A stretch of DNA of 64,000 nucleotides from a virus. Its lineage: Duplodnaviria > Caudoviricetes. The DNA lies in the IMG/VR virus record IMGVR_UViG_2751185860_000001, positions 12,733 to 76,732 of that record. The stretch is one strand, 5' to 3'. Made by a program: the position numbers and the translations under genes. A model generated the notes under the pieces. It saw only the letters and a list, made by a program, of their open reading frames with translations. It did no database searches and had not been told where the DNA came from. Shown piece after piece: positions 39,754 to 51,035 of this stretch (positions are counted from its first letter, which is position 1; the number at the start of each line of letters is the position of its first letter).

Positions 39754-42700
39754 ATGGAGCATGAAAGCGGTTTGCCGTTTGCAATTGACCGATCTGTAGG
39801 CAAAGACGAACAACAAAGCGTCGTATTCTATGGAGAACGCCCCTTTATTCAAAGCGCAGAACTCAATGAAGTTCAAACCATTATTCGTGGCCGTCATGAT
39901 CGTTTAGGAAGACTTGTGGCCAAAGAAGGTGACCGTATTGAGCGTGCCGATGCTTTCGTTGATCAAAGCACTCAAAAAGTCACTTTGACAGAAGGGAAAA
40001 TCTTTATCGCAGGGGATATTTTCCCTGTAGCAGAAACCGTTTTAAACAATGTCCCCATGCTTGGACGTGTAGAGATCGGTGTGAAACTCCAAAAACAATG
40101 GATAACCCATGAAGATGATCCACAGTTATTAGGTCAAATTCCAGGCACATTGGCAGAAGGTGAACCAGGAGCAGCAAGGGAAACAGCAAAGCTTGTATGG
40201 GCTTTACAAAATGACAAACAAGAAGGTGTTTTCTTCCCCGTCTATATCTTACAAGATGGCACTTTGATTGATCAGAAGCCCCCTTCATTGTTAGAGCCTG
40301 CCTTGCAAGCTATTGCAACTTATGACCGTGCTCATGGGCATTATATTGTCAATGGTTGTCGGGTGACAGCCTTAGGACAAAATGATGGCAAACAAATATT
40401 TAGTATAGAAGAAGGCGAAGCCAATATTAATGGCTTTAAGCATAAACGCCTTGCTGCTTTAAGGCATGAAGAGCCAGAAGACTACTGTGAAGGTATAGTG
40501 CCAAGTGAAACACATCTCTTTACATCCAAGAAAGCCAAGGCAACTAAATCGGAGAAGACAAGCTTTACGTTTGAAACTTATTATTTTCCCATCGCAACTG
40601 TTCACTCTATTTTACTCACAAAAGAAAAGACCACTAATGTCACCCGCGGTGGCGTAGCCTCAGGGCGTGATGGAGTTCCCGATAAAAGTGTTGTCAGTTT
40701 TGTGAAAGTCGTTCAAGGGGATAAGGAATTTAAAGAAGGTGTAGACTTTAAAAAGACTGGTGATACGATTGACTGGTCTTTATCTGGTGATGAGCCTAAA
40801 CCAGGTAGCACTTATGAGGTCACCTATCATTATCGTGCAAAGGTGGATGCTGATAAGGTCACAGCGCGGGAAATTACTGTTTCAGATGGTGCTGAAGGTG
40901 GAGATATTATTGTCAGTTACACCTACAAACTCCCTCGTATTGACCGCATAGGCTTAAATGCTCAAGGTGGAGTGGTTTACATTCAGGGGATTTCAGCAGA
41001 CAATCCCATAGCACCTAGTGTTCCTGATGATATCTTATCGCTTGCAACGATCACAAATAATTGGCTTGATTATCCACGTGTCGATAATAATGGCACACGT
41101 GTTGCCCCTTATGCTGAAATGTGGCGCTATTTTAACCGTGTTCTTGACCTTGATCGGTTGTTACAGCTTGAAAAGATTAAGAGCAATGTTGATTCAAAAG
41201 AACCTGTCTCTAAAAAAGGGATGATTGCCGATCCTTTTCTTGATGACAGTCTTCGTGATGAAGGAATCGAGCAAACAGGTGCCATAGGTCATGGCTTGTT
41301 ACGCCTTGCCATTGAGCCTACATTTTACTACGCTTCCTTAAATGAGCCTGTTACCCTTGATTGGGAGAATGAAGTCATCATTGCGCAAGAATTGATGACT
41401 GCTTGCGAGAAAATCAATCCTTATCAAAACTTTGACCCATTGCCAGGCACACTCGCTCTCACCCCTGCAACGGACTTCTGGCGTGTTCAGCGTACAGATT
41501 GGCTTTCAGGTGTGACCAATGAATTGTCGATGGGCAGCCGTCCTGGGGGTGGTCGTACTACAGAAACGAAGGATGAACTGGTCAGCACACATCAAGAGCA
41601 AATTGATTTCTTAAGACAAATTGATCTCAACTTTAAGATTGAAGGCTTTGGTAAAGGAGAGATTTTAGAAAGTCTGACATTTGATGGCGTTAATGTTTTA
41701 CCAAAAGAGACACTTACTGCCAATCCTCAAGGCATTATTGAAGGGAAATTTAAAATTCCCAAAGACATCACAGCAGGAACAAAGAACGTCATTGCTGTTG
41801 GTACAGGAAAAACAACGGCTACAGGCCTTTTCACAGGGCAAGGTGTGATTGATGTGCAGGTTATGCGGCGTGTCACAACAGTGCGTGTATGGAAAAAATC
41901 TGATCCACAAGCACAAGTCTTTACACCCGATGAAACGCGGCAAATAACAGGTATTGATTTCCATATTTGCAAGATTGGTAATCGTGCTCATGATTTGATG
42001 ATTGATCTTGTTACAACAGACAATGGCTATCCTACATCTGACATTCAAGCACAAGCTCTTTATTCAATGAAAGAGGCTGAAACGGGATGGGCTGCAGCAC
42101 GTTATAGTGTTCCATTAACTGTGCTTAATGATCGTTTAACCGCCTTTGTCATTAAAACAGATGATGGCGATCATTCTGTTTCATTAGCAAAACTTGGAGA
42201 TTTTGACGAAGAAAACCAAAGATATGTTTCTAGCCATCCTTATATCACAGGTCCTCGTTTTTCTTCTGTGAATGCGCAAACATGGACAGCTCATCAAGAT
42301 GAAGCCTTAGCATTTCGTGTACTTGCTGCTCGTTATACACAAACAGAAAAAACTGTCGATTTAGGTGAGTTTGATCTTAAAGAATGTTCTGATTTGCAGG
42401 TGCGTGCAGCGATTGAATTGCCTTCCAGTGAATGTTCTGTCATCTTTGAAATTGAACGCAACAACGGTACAATTTATCAACTCTTACCGTTCCAATTGCT
42501 GAGTTTAACGGAATATATCAGTGAAAAAGTCCAGTTACGTGCCATTTTAAAAGGGACCGGGAAGCTATCGCCAGTGTTGTTTGCTCCCATTGAATTGATC
42601 GCGGGCAAGATTAGAAAAGAAGCAACCTATGTCACACGTGCTTTTTCCTTTGGAGAAAAGTCGAGACTAACCAGTTATATTAAAACTTTTTTACCAGGCG

Positions 42701-42912
42701 GTTCGACTTTCAAAATGGAGCTGCAACTGGATGATGGTGATTTCACTTCCCTAAAATTAGAAGAAACAGAACAACTCGCACAGCCACTTTGGACGGAACG
42801 TAAATTTGTCAGTGAAGATAAGACAGCTGGGCAAGCGCGTTTGAGACTGACATTAACTGGCGGTCCTGCTGCACGTTCTATGGCAAGTGATTTTGGTGCG
42901 GGAATTATGTGA
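39754..42912 (+). CDS. Large baseplate/tail protein (DUF4815-like)
   Basis: 1052 aa; QSAELNEVQ N-terminal motif; follows gpI. Confidence 0.7.
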   Translation: MEHESGLPFAIDRSVGKDEQQSVVFYGERPFIQSAELNEVQTIIRGRHDRLGRLVAKEGDRIERADAFVDQSTQKVTLTEGKIFIAGDIFPVAETVLNNVPMLGRVEIGVKLQKQWITHEDDPQLLGQIPGTLAEGEPGAARETAKLVWALQNDKQEGVFFPVYILQDGTLIDQKPPSLLEPALQAIATYDRAHGHYIVNGCRVTALGQNDGKQIFSIEEGEANINGFKHKRLAALRHEEPEDYCEGIVPSETHLFTSKKAKATKSEKTSFTFETYYFPIATVHSILLTKEKTTNVTRGGVASGRDGVPDKSVVSFVKVVQGDKEFKEGVDFKKTGDTIDWSLSGDEPKPGSTYEVTYHYRAKVDADKVTAREITVSDGAEGGDIIVSYTYKLPRIDRIGLNAQGGVVYIQGISADNPIAPSVPDDILSLATITNNWLDYPRVDNNGTRVAPYAEMWRYFNRVLDLDRLLQLEKIKSNVDSKEPVSKKGMIADPFLDDSLRDEGIEQTGAIGHGLLRLAIEPTFYYASLNEPVTLDWENEVIIAQELMTACEKINPYQNFDPLPGTLALTPATDFWRVQRTDWLSGVTNELSMGSRPGGGRTTETKDELVSTHQEQIDFLRQIDLNFKIEGFGKGEILESLTFDGVNVLPKETLTANPQGIIEGKFKIPKDITAGTKNVIAVGTGKTTATGLFTGQGVIDVQVMRRVTTVRVWKKSDPQAQVFTPDETRQITGIDFHICKIGNRAHDLMIDLVTTDNGYPTSDIQAQALYSMKEAETGWAAARYSVPLTVLNDRLTAFVIKTDDGDHSVSLAKLGDFDEENQRYVSSHPYITGPRFSSVNAQTWTAHQDEALAFRVLAARYTQTEKTVDLGEFDLKECSDLQVRAAIELPSSECSVIFEIERNNGTIYQLLPFQLLSLTEYISEKVQLRAILKGTGKLSPVLFAPIELIAGKIRKEATYVTRAFSFGEKSRLTSYIKTFLPGGSTFKMELQLDDGDFTSLKLEETEQLAQPLWTERKFVSEDKTAGQARLRLTLTGGPAARSMASDFGAGIM

Positions 42913-42925
42913 CAGGAGTAATATC

Positions 42926-44361
42926 ATGGCGAAAACAGAGAAGTTAGGAATGGAATTACCTCAAGAAGGTCGTTTTATCAGCGCTGAATTTCCTCTTTTA
43001 CGTAAAAACCTGATTATCATTGACCAAGCCGTTTCTGATCTGGATGAAAAAGTGGATGAGAAGGCTCCTTCACAGCATACTCATGAGATGAGTGAAGTCA
43101 GTGGACTTGAAGATGCACTCAGTGGAAAGATGGAGGTAGATAAGACCTTTGCCTTGGTTGATTTAACTGATATCCAAGGTGCCAACGATGCAGCTGAAAA
43201 TCATGTTTTGTATAAATCAGGTGAGGATGCTTTGCCTTTGGCACTGCTCTCTCGCTCTTAGGCGAACACCAGCATACCATTGAAGATATCACAGGTCTTG
43301 AAGAGTATGTAGAAAGCGTCAATGTAGATTTGAAAGATTATGGGTGTTTGTCTGGTGAAAATGCGTGGGAAGATACCAATGTTTTCAAAGGTAAAGTCAG
43401 TGTTGAAAAGGACATTGAATTAACTGAAACCTCTTCTTTAACTTTGAAACAAAGTGATAAAGTGGTGACACAGTTAAATGCAACTGGAAGTTTGCTTAAA
43501 GGGCCTCTTAAGGTTGATGGCAAACCCGTTTACACCAAACCGCAAGCGGATAAAGCTATATCGGAAGAAATAGAAAAACTAAAACAGTCTTTGACTGATG
43601 AGAACTCGAGTTGCTCTGTTGTCATCAATAAGCTCGTTCATTGGCCTAAGCGTGCTGATGCCGAGTTACTTTACACACAAAGTGGGAAGATTAAGTGGCC
43701 AGATTGGATAACCGATGAAGCCGTGGTTGAAATCCAAGCGTGGGGCGGCGGCGGTTCTGGTGGGGGAGCTGGTCAGATACATTTGGGCGGCGGTGGCGGT
43801 GGAGGAGGATGCTCAGTATGGTATGGCCATAAATCAAGTTTGAATGAGCATGAAGACTTCATCATTGGTAAAGGTGGAGCTTCTGTAAAAGATAAAAATA
43901 CGTCAGGCAATCCTGGTGGAAAAACAACTGTTGGAAAGAATCTTATCGTAGCCACAGGCGGCGGTGGGGGGTGGGGAGCTTCTGACACTAGTTCAGGACA
44001 AGGTGGTGTTGGAGGAGAAGGAAAAACCGTTACTGAATTAATGGACGGTCGTCCAGATCTTGCCAAAAGTGGCAATGGTAGCTCGGGAACGAAAGGCAAT
44101 GCTAGATTTAAAAGTGGCTTTGGTGGTGATGCTGGAGGGGATACATCAAGAGGCGGCTGTGGAGGGACTGGCAGGGGGCACTTTATTTCAGGTAAACCAG
44201 GTCGTGGATTTGGTGGTGGCGGTGCTGGATCGCATTATCAAAATAATCCCAGTGGCAATGGAGCTAATGGTGCTGTTCTTATAAGAATATGGAAGAAACC
44301 ATATGAAAAGATCAGTGATCTAAATTATAAAGCTTTCAGTACTTTAATGCGACAGGAATAA
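42926..44361 (+). pseudogene. Gly-rich tail fibre A, broken by a 1-bp deletion near 43228
   Basis: Alignment to the intact paralogue restores FAFG...HQHTIEDITGLE in the -1 frame. Confidence 0.85.
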
Positions 44362-44362
44362 T

Positions 44363-45712
44363 ATGATGGCGAAAACAAATAAGTTGGCAATGGAATTACC
44401 CTTAGAAGGTCGTTTTATTAGTGTTGAATTTCCTATTACACGTGAAGATTTGATAATAATTGATCAGGCGGTTTCTGATCTTGACGAAAAAACAGATGGT
44501 AAGGTGCCTTTACAGCACACTCATGAGATGAGTGAAGTCAGTGAGCTTGAAGAAGCATTAAGTGGCAAGATGGCAACAGATAAAACATTTGCTTTGGTTG
44601 ATTTGACTGATGTCGAAGGTGCCAACGATGCACCTGAAAATCATGTTTTATATAAATCAAGTGAGGATTGCTTTGTCTTTGGTGATCCGACATCACTCTT
44701 CCACCCGCACCAACATGAAGCTGAAGATATTACAGATCTTGAGAAATATATAGCAACTGTCAATGTAGATCTGAAAGATTATGGATGTTTATCGGGTAAA
44801 AACGAATGGGAAAATACCAATGTTTTTAAAGGTAAGATCAACATTGAAGAAGGTGTTGAATTAGCTGAAACCTCTTTTTTAACTGTAAAGCAGAAAGATA
44901 AAGTGGTGACAAATTTAAGCACAACTGGAAGCTTGCTTAAAGGACCTCTCAAGATTGATGATGAACCCATTTATACTAAATCGCAATTGGATGAAGCTAT
45001 GTCAAAAGAAATCGAAAAACTGAAACAATCTTTGACTGATGAAAATACAAGTTGCTCTAAGCTTGCTGATGCGGAATTACTTATTACACAAAGTGAGAAA
45101 ATTAAATGGCCAGATTGGGCAACTGATGAAACCAAAGTTGAGATCCAAGCATGGGGCGGCGGCGGCGGTAGTGCAAAGAACAATGATTATCCGGGTGGCG
45201 GTGGCGGTGGTAGTGGCTGCGTAGTGTGGTATGGCTATAAGTCAAGTTTAAATGGACATCACGATATCATCATTGGTAGTGGGGGACATGATGGTGGTGG
45301 ATCAGGCTATGGTGGTAATTCTGGAGGACACACAATTATAGGCAATAATTTTATTGCCGTCGCAGGTGGTGGCGGTGGTGGGCCCGGTGTTGAACAGAAG
45401 GTAGGAAACAGTGGCTACGGGAGTAGAGGAGATAACTTTGGTTTGGTAACTGATGAACATCCCGGTCTTGTCAGAGCTTGTAATGGTTATGCCGGAGGGC
45501 ATGGAGAATATAAACAAAGAAGTGGCTTTGGTGGCAATGCAGGCAATGCGATAAAAGGGGTTACTGGAGCACAGGGAGGTGGTTTAGGTAACCTTATCTC
45601 AGGAGTTGGAGGTGCAGGTTATGGTGGTGGTGGTAGTGGTGCTCGTGGAGCTCAAGATGCTGGCGGTAAGGGAGCTAATGGTGCTGTCCTTATAAGACTA
45701 TGGAAGAATTAA
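44363..45712 (+). CDS. Gly-rich tail fibre B (intact)
   Basis: N-terminus paralogous to fibre A; EIQAWGGGGG...GAVLIRLW domain. Confidence 0.85.
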   Translation: MMAKTNKLAMELPLEGRFISVEFPITREDLIIIDQAVSDLDEKTDGKVPLQHTHEMSEVSELEEALSGKMATDKTFALVDLTDVEGANDAPENHVLYKSSEDCFVFGDPTSLFHPHQHEAEDITDLEKYIATVNVDLKDYGCLSGKNEWENTNVFKGKINIEEGVELAETSFLTVKQKDKVVTNLSTTGSLLKGPLKIDDEPIYTKSQLDEAMSKEIEKLKQSLTDENTSCSKLADAELLITQSEKIKWPDWATDETKVEIQAWGGGGGSAKNNDYPGGGGGGSGCVVWYGYKSSLNGHHDIIIGSGGHDGGGSGYGGNSGGHTIIGNNFIAVAGGGGGGPGVEQKVGNSGYGSRGDNFGLVTDEHPGLVRACNGYAGGHGEYKQRSGFGGNAGNAIKGVTGAQGGGLGNLISGVGGAGYGGGGSGARGAQDAGGKGANGAVLIRLWKN

Positions 45713-45742
45713 CGTCCTAAAGATTTTTACAAAGGAGTTTTT

Positions 45743-45967
45743 ATGCAATATGCAGTTGTTGAAAATGGTATGGTAACTAATATTATTGTTGCACCAGAGG
45801 ATTATGTTTATCCGTTTGAAGGGAAAGCTATTGCCTCAAACGAAGCACAAATCGGTTGGACTTATAAAGACGGGCAATTTTATCCTCCTGTTGATGAGGA
45901 AAAAGACGACTTATCTTTCACTGAAACAACACAACCAGAGACATCTGAAGACCCCATAGAGGTGTAA
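45743..45967 (+). CDS. Small tail-fibre-associated protein
   Basis: MQYAVVENG.V.NII...IGW.Y.DG.F.PP pattern. Confidence 0.7.
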   Translation: MQYAVVENGMVTNIIVAPEDYVYPFEGKAIASNEAQIGWTYKDGQFYPPVDEEKDDLSFTETTQPETSEDPIEV

Positions 45968-46084
45968 AGAAGGACACTTCAGTTAAGTTTCATCAAAACC
46001 TTTCTTAAGAAAGCAGTGCAAGGCCAAATAGATTTATTTGGCCTTTATTTTTTCATCAGCCAATCATTTAAAGGAGCACCAAGA

Positions 46085-47476
46085 ATGGCATCAGGATTTT
46101 TACACGGTGTTGAAGTCATCGAGAATGACGATGGCACACGCCCTATTGCGCCAATTCAGTCGGCAGTTATAGGCATTGTAGGTACAGCACCCAATGCAGA
46201 TGAAGAGGTCTTTCCTCTTAATACACCGGTTTTAATATCAGGATCTCTTTCCAAGGCAGCTAAACTCGACAAATACAACACAGGAGAAGGTACACTGCCC
46301 AATGCTGTTGATCTGATTTTCAAACAAGCAGGTGCCATTGTTGTTGTGGTGCGCGTAGAAGAAAGCAGAGATGAAAACAAAACATTGACGAATGTTTTAG
46401 GTGGTGTCAATGCCAATGGTTCTTACGAAGGTGTCCATGCTTTCATAGGAGCACAATCCATCGTTGGGCAAACACCACGCATTCTGATTGCTCCTGGTTT
46501 TACTCACAAACGCGATGCTGGTGTGTCTGCTATAAGTGTCTCAAACGGAGGCAGTGGTTACACATACGCTACTGTTAAAATAGAAGGCAATGCCAAGGCG
46601 ACAGCTATTGTTTCTGATGGAGAAGTGCGAAGCATTGTAGTTGATGAGAGTGGAAGTGGTTATGAAGAAGCCCCTCGTGTAACCATTGAAGGTGATGGAG
46701 AAGGTGCCACAGCCGAAGCGACAATCAAAAAAATGTCTAATCCCGTAGCAGCAGAGCTAATTGGTATTGCTGAACGTTTACGCGCTATTGTGGTGATTGA
46801 TGGACCCAACACAACGGATGAAGAAGCAATCTCAACGAGAGGAGATTTTGATTCCAAACGTGCCATCATAGCTGACCCATTTGTAAGTGTTTTGCGTAAT
46901 GGAAGAATTTCACAAGAACCAGCAAGTTCAGTAGTTGCCGGTATTATTGCTAAAACAGATTTCACGCACGGTTTTTGGCATTCTCCTTCAAACAAAGGGA
47001 TCAATGGCATTAGTGGTACAGCACGACCCATTGATTTTGCCATTGGTGACAGTTCCAGTCGTGCTAATTTGCTTAATGAAAAGAATATAACAACAATCAT
47101 TCGTGAGAATGGTTATCGCTTATGGGGTAATCGTACACTTTCATCAGATCCAAAGTTTGCTTTTATATCCGTGGTGAGAACTGCAGATATGATTAACGAT
47201 GCCATTTTACGTGGGCATATGTGGGCAGTCGATCGAAACATCACAAAAACTTATCTGAGCGATGTGAGTGAAAGCGTCAATGCTTATTTACGTGACTTGA
47301 AAGCACAAGGCGCCATTATTGGAGGGCGTTGTTATCCTGACCTCGAACTTAATACACCAAGTGCCATTGAAAGTGGACAAGTCTATTTCAATGTCGAATT
47401 CCAACCAACCACGCCAGCAGAACGCATCACGTTCCGTTCGCGTATTGTCAATGATTACATAGAGGAGATCCTTTAA
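46085..47476 (+). CDS. Tail sheath protein (P2 FI family)
   Basis: FLHGVEVIE, WHSPSN, LWGNRT. Confidence 0.95.
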   Translation: MASGFLHGVEVIENDDGTRPIAPIQSAVIGIVGTAPNADEEVFPLNTPVLISGSLSKAAKLDKYNTGEGTLPNAVDLIFKQAGAIVVVVRVEESRDENKTLTNVLGGVNANGSYEGVHAFIGAQSIVGQTPRILIAPGFTHKRDAGVSAISVSNGGSGYTYATVKIEGNAKATAIVSDGEVRSIVVDESGSGYEEAPRVTIEGDGEGATAEATIKKMSNPVAAELIGIAERLRAIVVIDGPNTTDEEAISTRGDFDSKRAIIADPFVSVLRNGRISQEPASSVVAGIIAKTDFTHGFWHSPSNKGINGISGTARPIDFAIGDSSSRANLLNEKNITTIIRENGYRLWGNRTLSSDPKFAFISVVRTADMINDAILRGHMWAVDRNITKTYLSDVSESVNAYLRDLKAQGAIIGGRCYPDLELNTPSAIESGQVYFNVEFQPTTPAERITFRSRIVNDYIEEIL

Positions 47477-47982
47477 TGATTGCACCTAGATTACCAAGAG
47501 CTTTGAAACATTTTAACATTTATGTTGATGGGATTCCCTATAGAGAAAAATGTGACAGTGTTACTTTACCAAGTTTAAATTTCGTCGTTGAAAGTTTTCG
47601 TGCAGGTGGCATGGATGTTCCTGTTGGAATCGAGATGGGAATGGAAGAGCTCACGCTTTCTATGACTGTTGCAGATTGCTCTGACGAACTTCTAGGTCTT
47701 TTGGGTAAACCCAATATTGATATTTCTTTGCGTGGTGCAATTCAAGCACAGGGTGCAGCAGAAGAAGGAGTTGTAATCTCCATGCGTGGATTTTGCAAGG
47801 GCTATGAACCTGGCCAATGGCAGCCTGGTGCTAAGTCTACCACAACGATCAATTATACCCTGAATTATTTCAAATATGTTCAAAATGACAAGGAAATCGT
47901 TGAGATTGATGCTTACAACATGGTGAGAAAATTCAATGGCGTTGATCAATTAGCAAAACATAGAGAACTTTTAGGAATGTAA
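47476..47982 (+). CDS. Tail tube protein (P2 FII family)
   Basis: RAGGMD...GMEEL. Confidence 0.95.
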   Translation: MIAPRLPRALKHFNIYVDGIPYREKCDSVTLPSLNFVVESFRAGGMDVPVGIEMGMEELTLSMTVADCSDELLGLLGKPNIDISLRGAIQAQGAAEEGVVISMRGFCKGYEPGQWQPGAKSTTTINYTLNYFKYVQNDKEIVEIDAYNMVRKFNGVDQLAKHRELLGM

Positions 47983-47983
47983 A

Positions 47984-48244
47984 ATGACTATTAAACAAAA
48001 TATTACCCATAAATTGCTCTTCCCCATTAACGTTGAAGGAAAAGAACGCACCGAAATCACTTTACGCCGTCCAAAGGTAAAAGACGCCGAAGCTACTGAT
48101 AAAACAGAAGGTGTTGAGCAAACGATAATTATGATTTCACGTCTTTCTGGGTGGCCTGAAGAGGCTGTTGGTGAACTTGATGTCGATGATATGGAAAATA
48201 TCGGGAAAAAATTGGCGGCTTTTATAAAGCGGCGGGCTACCTAA
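47984..48244 (+). CDS. Tail assembly chaperone (gpE)
   Basis: ITLRRPKVKD; between tube and tape measure. Confidence 0.9.
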   Translation: MTIKQNITHKLLFPINVEGKERTEITLRRPKVKDAEATDKTEGVEQTIIMISRLSGWPEEAVGELDVDDMENIGKKLAAFIKRRAT

Positions 48245-48267
48245 CCTGGGAAACCGCCGCTGAACTC

Positions 48268-48381
48268 ATGGCCGATATTGCTATCGTGTTTCATTGGCCC
48301 CTTTCAGAGATGATGGAAATGGAACCTCAAGAGCTCTGGTTTTGGCGCCATAAAGCTGCAGAAAGGTATAAGAAAAAATGA
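48268..48381 (+). CDS. gpE' extension (37 aa, absent from ORF track), probably reached by -1 frameshift
   Basis: MADIAIVFHWPLSEMMEMEPQELWFWRHKAAERYKKK; -1 frame open from 48190. Confidence 0.8.
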   Translation: MADIAIVFHWPLSEMMEMEPQELWFWRHKAAERYKKK

Positions 48382-50419
48382 GTAAAACAGTTGCAGATGC
48401 TAAGGTGCGATTGACCCTTGAAGACAAGATAACTGCACCCATTAAACGTATTCAAAAACGTTTAACGGACTTATCAAATAAATTATCAAATAAGTTTAAA
48501 ATCCCTCGCCTTATGGCTGCGACACGCAAAATGACAGCAAGCTTAAAAGGGGTCAACAATGCTCTTGGTACAGTAACCAACCGTGTTTCTATGTTATCAG
48601 GAGCATTAGGCCTTGCTGGTGGCGGTCTTGCTGCAAGCTTGACTGCAGTGACTATGAAAACCATGCATATGGGGGATAGTCTTCACCACGCATCGCGTCA
48701 TTTAGGTATGAGCGTTAAAGATCTTCAGTTATGGGGTGATGCAGCGGATAATTCAGGTTATTCTGCTGAGAAATTCCAACAATCCCTGGCTGTTTTAAAC
48801 AGGCGTTCAGCACAAGCTTTAGCTGGACAAAAAAGGGGAATTATGGGGTTTCAGGCGCTTGGTATTTCTGTAAAAGATGCCTCTGGAAAGCTTAAATCAA
48901 ACTCAGACTTGTTAGAAGAAATTACCGACAAGATGAGTAAGATAGACAACCAAGCACAAAGACAACATATTGCTGCCTTGCTTTTTGGTGGTGACGGTAA
49001 AGAAATGGCTGCCATGCTCTCGCAAGGTATGGAGCCTATCAAGGAGTTGTTTGAAAAGGCAAAAAAGAGCGGATGGCTTATGGGGGCTGATGTTGCTCAC
49101 TATGCTGCAGATTTAAATGATAAGCTTGGAGCTTTTAAGAAAAAACTGGGCGGTGTTGCCACTTTTATTGGGGCACGGTTCATGCCGGTAATCAATGATT
49201 TGATTGATGCCTTTTCAAAGTTGATTGATGAAAACCGTGATCTCATTCAAACAACTGTCGCAAATTGGGCGAGGGTTTTAAGAAAAGCTATACAGGATTT
49301 ATGTGATCCTACTTCTGAATTAAGGCAAAATATCACAAATGTTACAGAAAGTATTAAAGGCTGGTTTCGATGGTTAGAGCCACTAATTGGTGAGATAACT
49401 CTCTTTAAAATAGGTCTTACAGCTCTTGTGGCCTTCATTGTGGGGCCACTGGTTTCAGCACTTGCTGTGGTTGGTGCAGCGTTTGTTACATTTGGTACAA
49501 CTATTGTTACCCTTATTATGGGGCCACTTATAACAGCGATTTACACACTTACTACAGCTTTTTTACATTTGGTGCGGCCATTATGACCACACCTGTTGGG
49601 TGGATTGCAGCAGCTATTATAGGGCTTATTGCAGCAGGGGTCGCACTTTATGTCTATTGGGATAAAGTCAAGAAAGTGCTTACTATAGCACTCAATAAGA
49701 TTTGCGATGCCTTTGTTAAGCTGGGTGACTTCATTATGAAGTATACGCTTATCGGTTATGTAATTAATGGCATTAAGAAGCTTGTTGCAACAGCTGTTTG
49801 GCTTTACGAAAATTGGGATGAGGTCATGGCCTCCTGCGGGCGGTTATGGAGCTCTCTTGGGGAGACAATTAATCAATTTTTTGATTGGTTTTCTAATCTC
49901 AGTTTATTTGAGGCAGGTGCTAGCCTGATTACAGGTCTGTGGGATGGTCTCAAAAGCGTATGGGATACTATGACACAATGGCTTTCTGGTGCGGTGCAAA
50001 AATTAATGGGGTGGATGCCTGATTTTGTTAAAGACAAGCTAGGATTTAACGTTACAGTTAGCAAAAACACTACCGAGAGTTTAAAGAATCTCACACAAGA
50101 GACAAAAACATACGCACAAAAGATTATTCATTCAACTGTTGTTTCTAACATCTCTCCTGAGCAACGTTATTACACAGATGAGAGATATGTTAATGGTGAA
50201 GGTAGGCGACCTTATGGGGAGGCATTTAAAACGCCTGAACCGATTATGGCACATAAGGAAAATAAGACGACTAATGTTGATGCATCTATTACGATTAGCG
50301 GTTTAAACATCAGTGGGGGCAGCGGTTCACCGCAGGATATTAGTGCTGCTATTAAAAAAGCTCTTGCAGATCAAGCTAGACAGCAACGTTTAGCAATTAA
50401 CTCAAGTTTATCGGATTAA
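48378..50419 (+). pseudogene. Tape measure protein split at T6 run 49559-49564 (frameshift or recoding)
   Basis: ORFs 48378-49586 and 49583-50419 join by a -1 shift giving TAFFTFGAAIMTTPVGW. Confidence 0.75.
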
Positions 50420-50424
50420 GCGTC

Positions 50425-50814
50425 ATGATGTTAGCATTGGGGGATTTTATTTTTTCCGTTAACACAGCTGCCTATCAAGAACTTGAGATGACTTATGATG
50501 TTCCATGGGTAGAGCAAGGACGTCTGGGAAGTAAAGCAGCGTTTCAGTTGCCGGCCATTGCTAATGCCGAATATTCTTTATCAGGCGTGATTTATCCGAA
50601 TTTTAAGGGTAGTTACGGTCAATTGGATAGATTGCGGAGCATGGCGCATGTAGGGCCACATTTGTTGGTAAGTGGAAAAGGCAAAATTTTCGGTAAATTT
50701 GTTATTCTTTCCCTAGATGAAAAACAGAGCTTTTTTCATAAAAACGGTGATCCACGCAAGCAAGAATTCACATTGCAACTAAGAGAATATGGTGGAGATG
50801 GGGGCATGTGGTGA
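50425..50814 (+). CDS. Tail protein gpU family
   Basis: MMLALGDFIFS; P2 gene order. Confidence 0.9.
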   Translation: MMLALGDFIFSVNTAAYQELEMTYDVPWVEQGRLGSKAAFQLPAIANAEYSLSGVIYPNFKGSYGQLDRLRSMAHVGPHLLVSGKGKIFGKFVILSLDEKQSFFHKNGDPRKQEFTLQLREYGGDGGMW

Positions 50815-51035
50815 GTGATATTTACGTTACCAAAGATGGCGATATGGTTGATGCCATTTGCTGGAGACACTATCCAAAGGGTCAGCAAGCACTGGCTGTT
50901 GAGCGTGTTTATGCAACCAACCACAGACTAGCAGATCTTGGACCCATTTTAAAAGCGGGGATCACAATTATTTTACCTTCCCTTCCTCATCCTCAAGCAA
51001 CACCCGTCATTAGGCTCTGGGGCAGCAAACAATGA
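50808..51035 (+). CDS. Tail protein X
   Basis: YVTKDGDMVDAICWRHY, LysM-like. Confidence 0.9.
   Translation: MVSDIYVTKDGDMVDAICWRHYPKGQQALAVERVYATNHRLADLGPILKAGITIILPSLPHPQATPVIRLWGSKQ

Noticed and set aside
43773-44099. Pro-rich minus-strand ORF
   Set aside because: Shadow of the Gly-rich domain of fibre A
42926-45712. Shufflon or diversity-generating retroelement at the tail fibres
   Set aside because: Copies are in direct orientation; no invertase, reverse transcriptase or TR/VR pair seen
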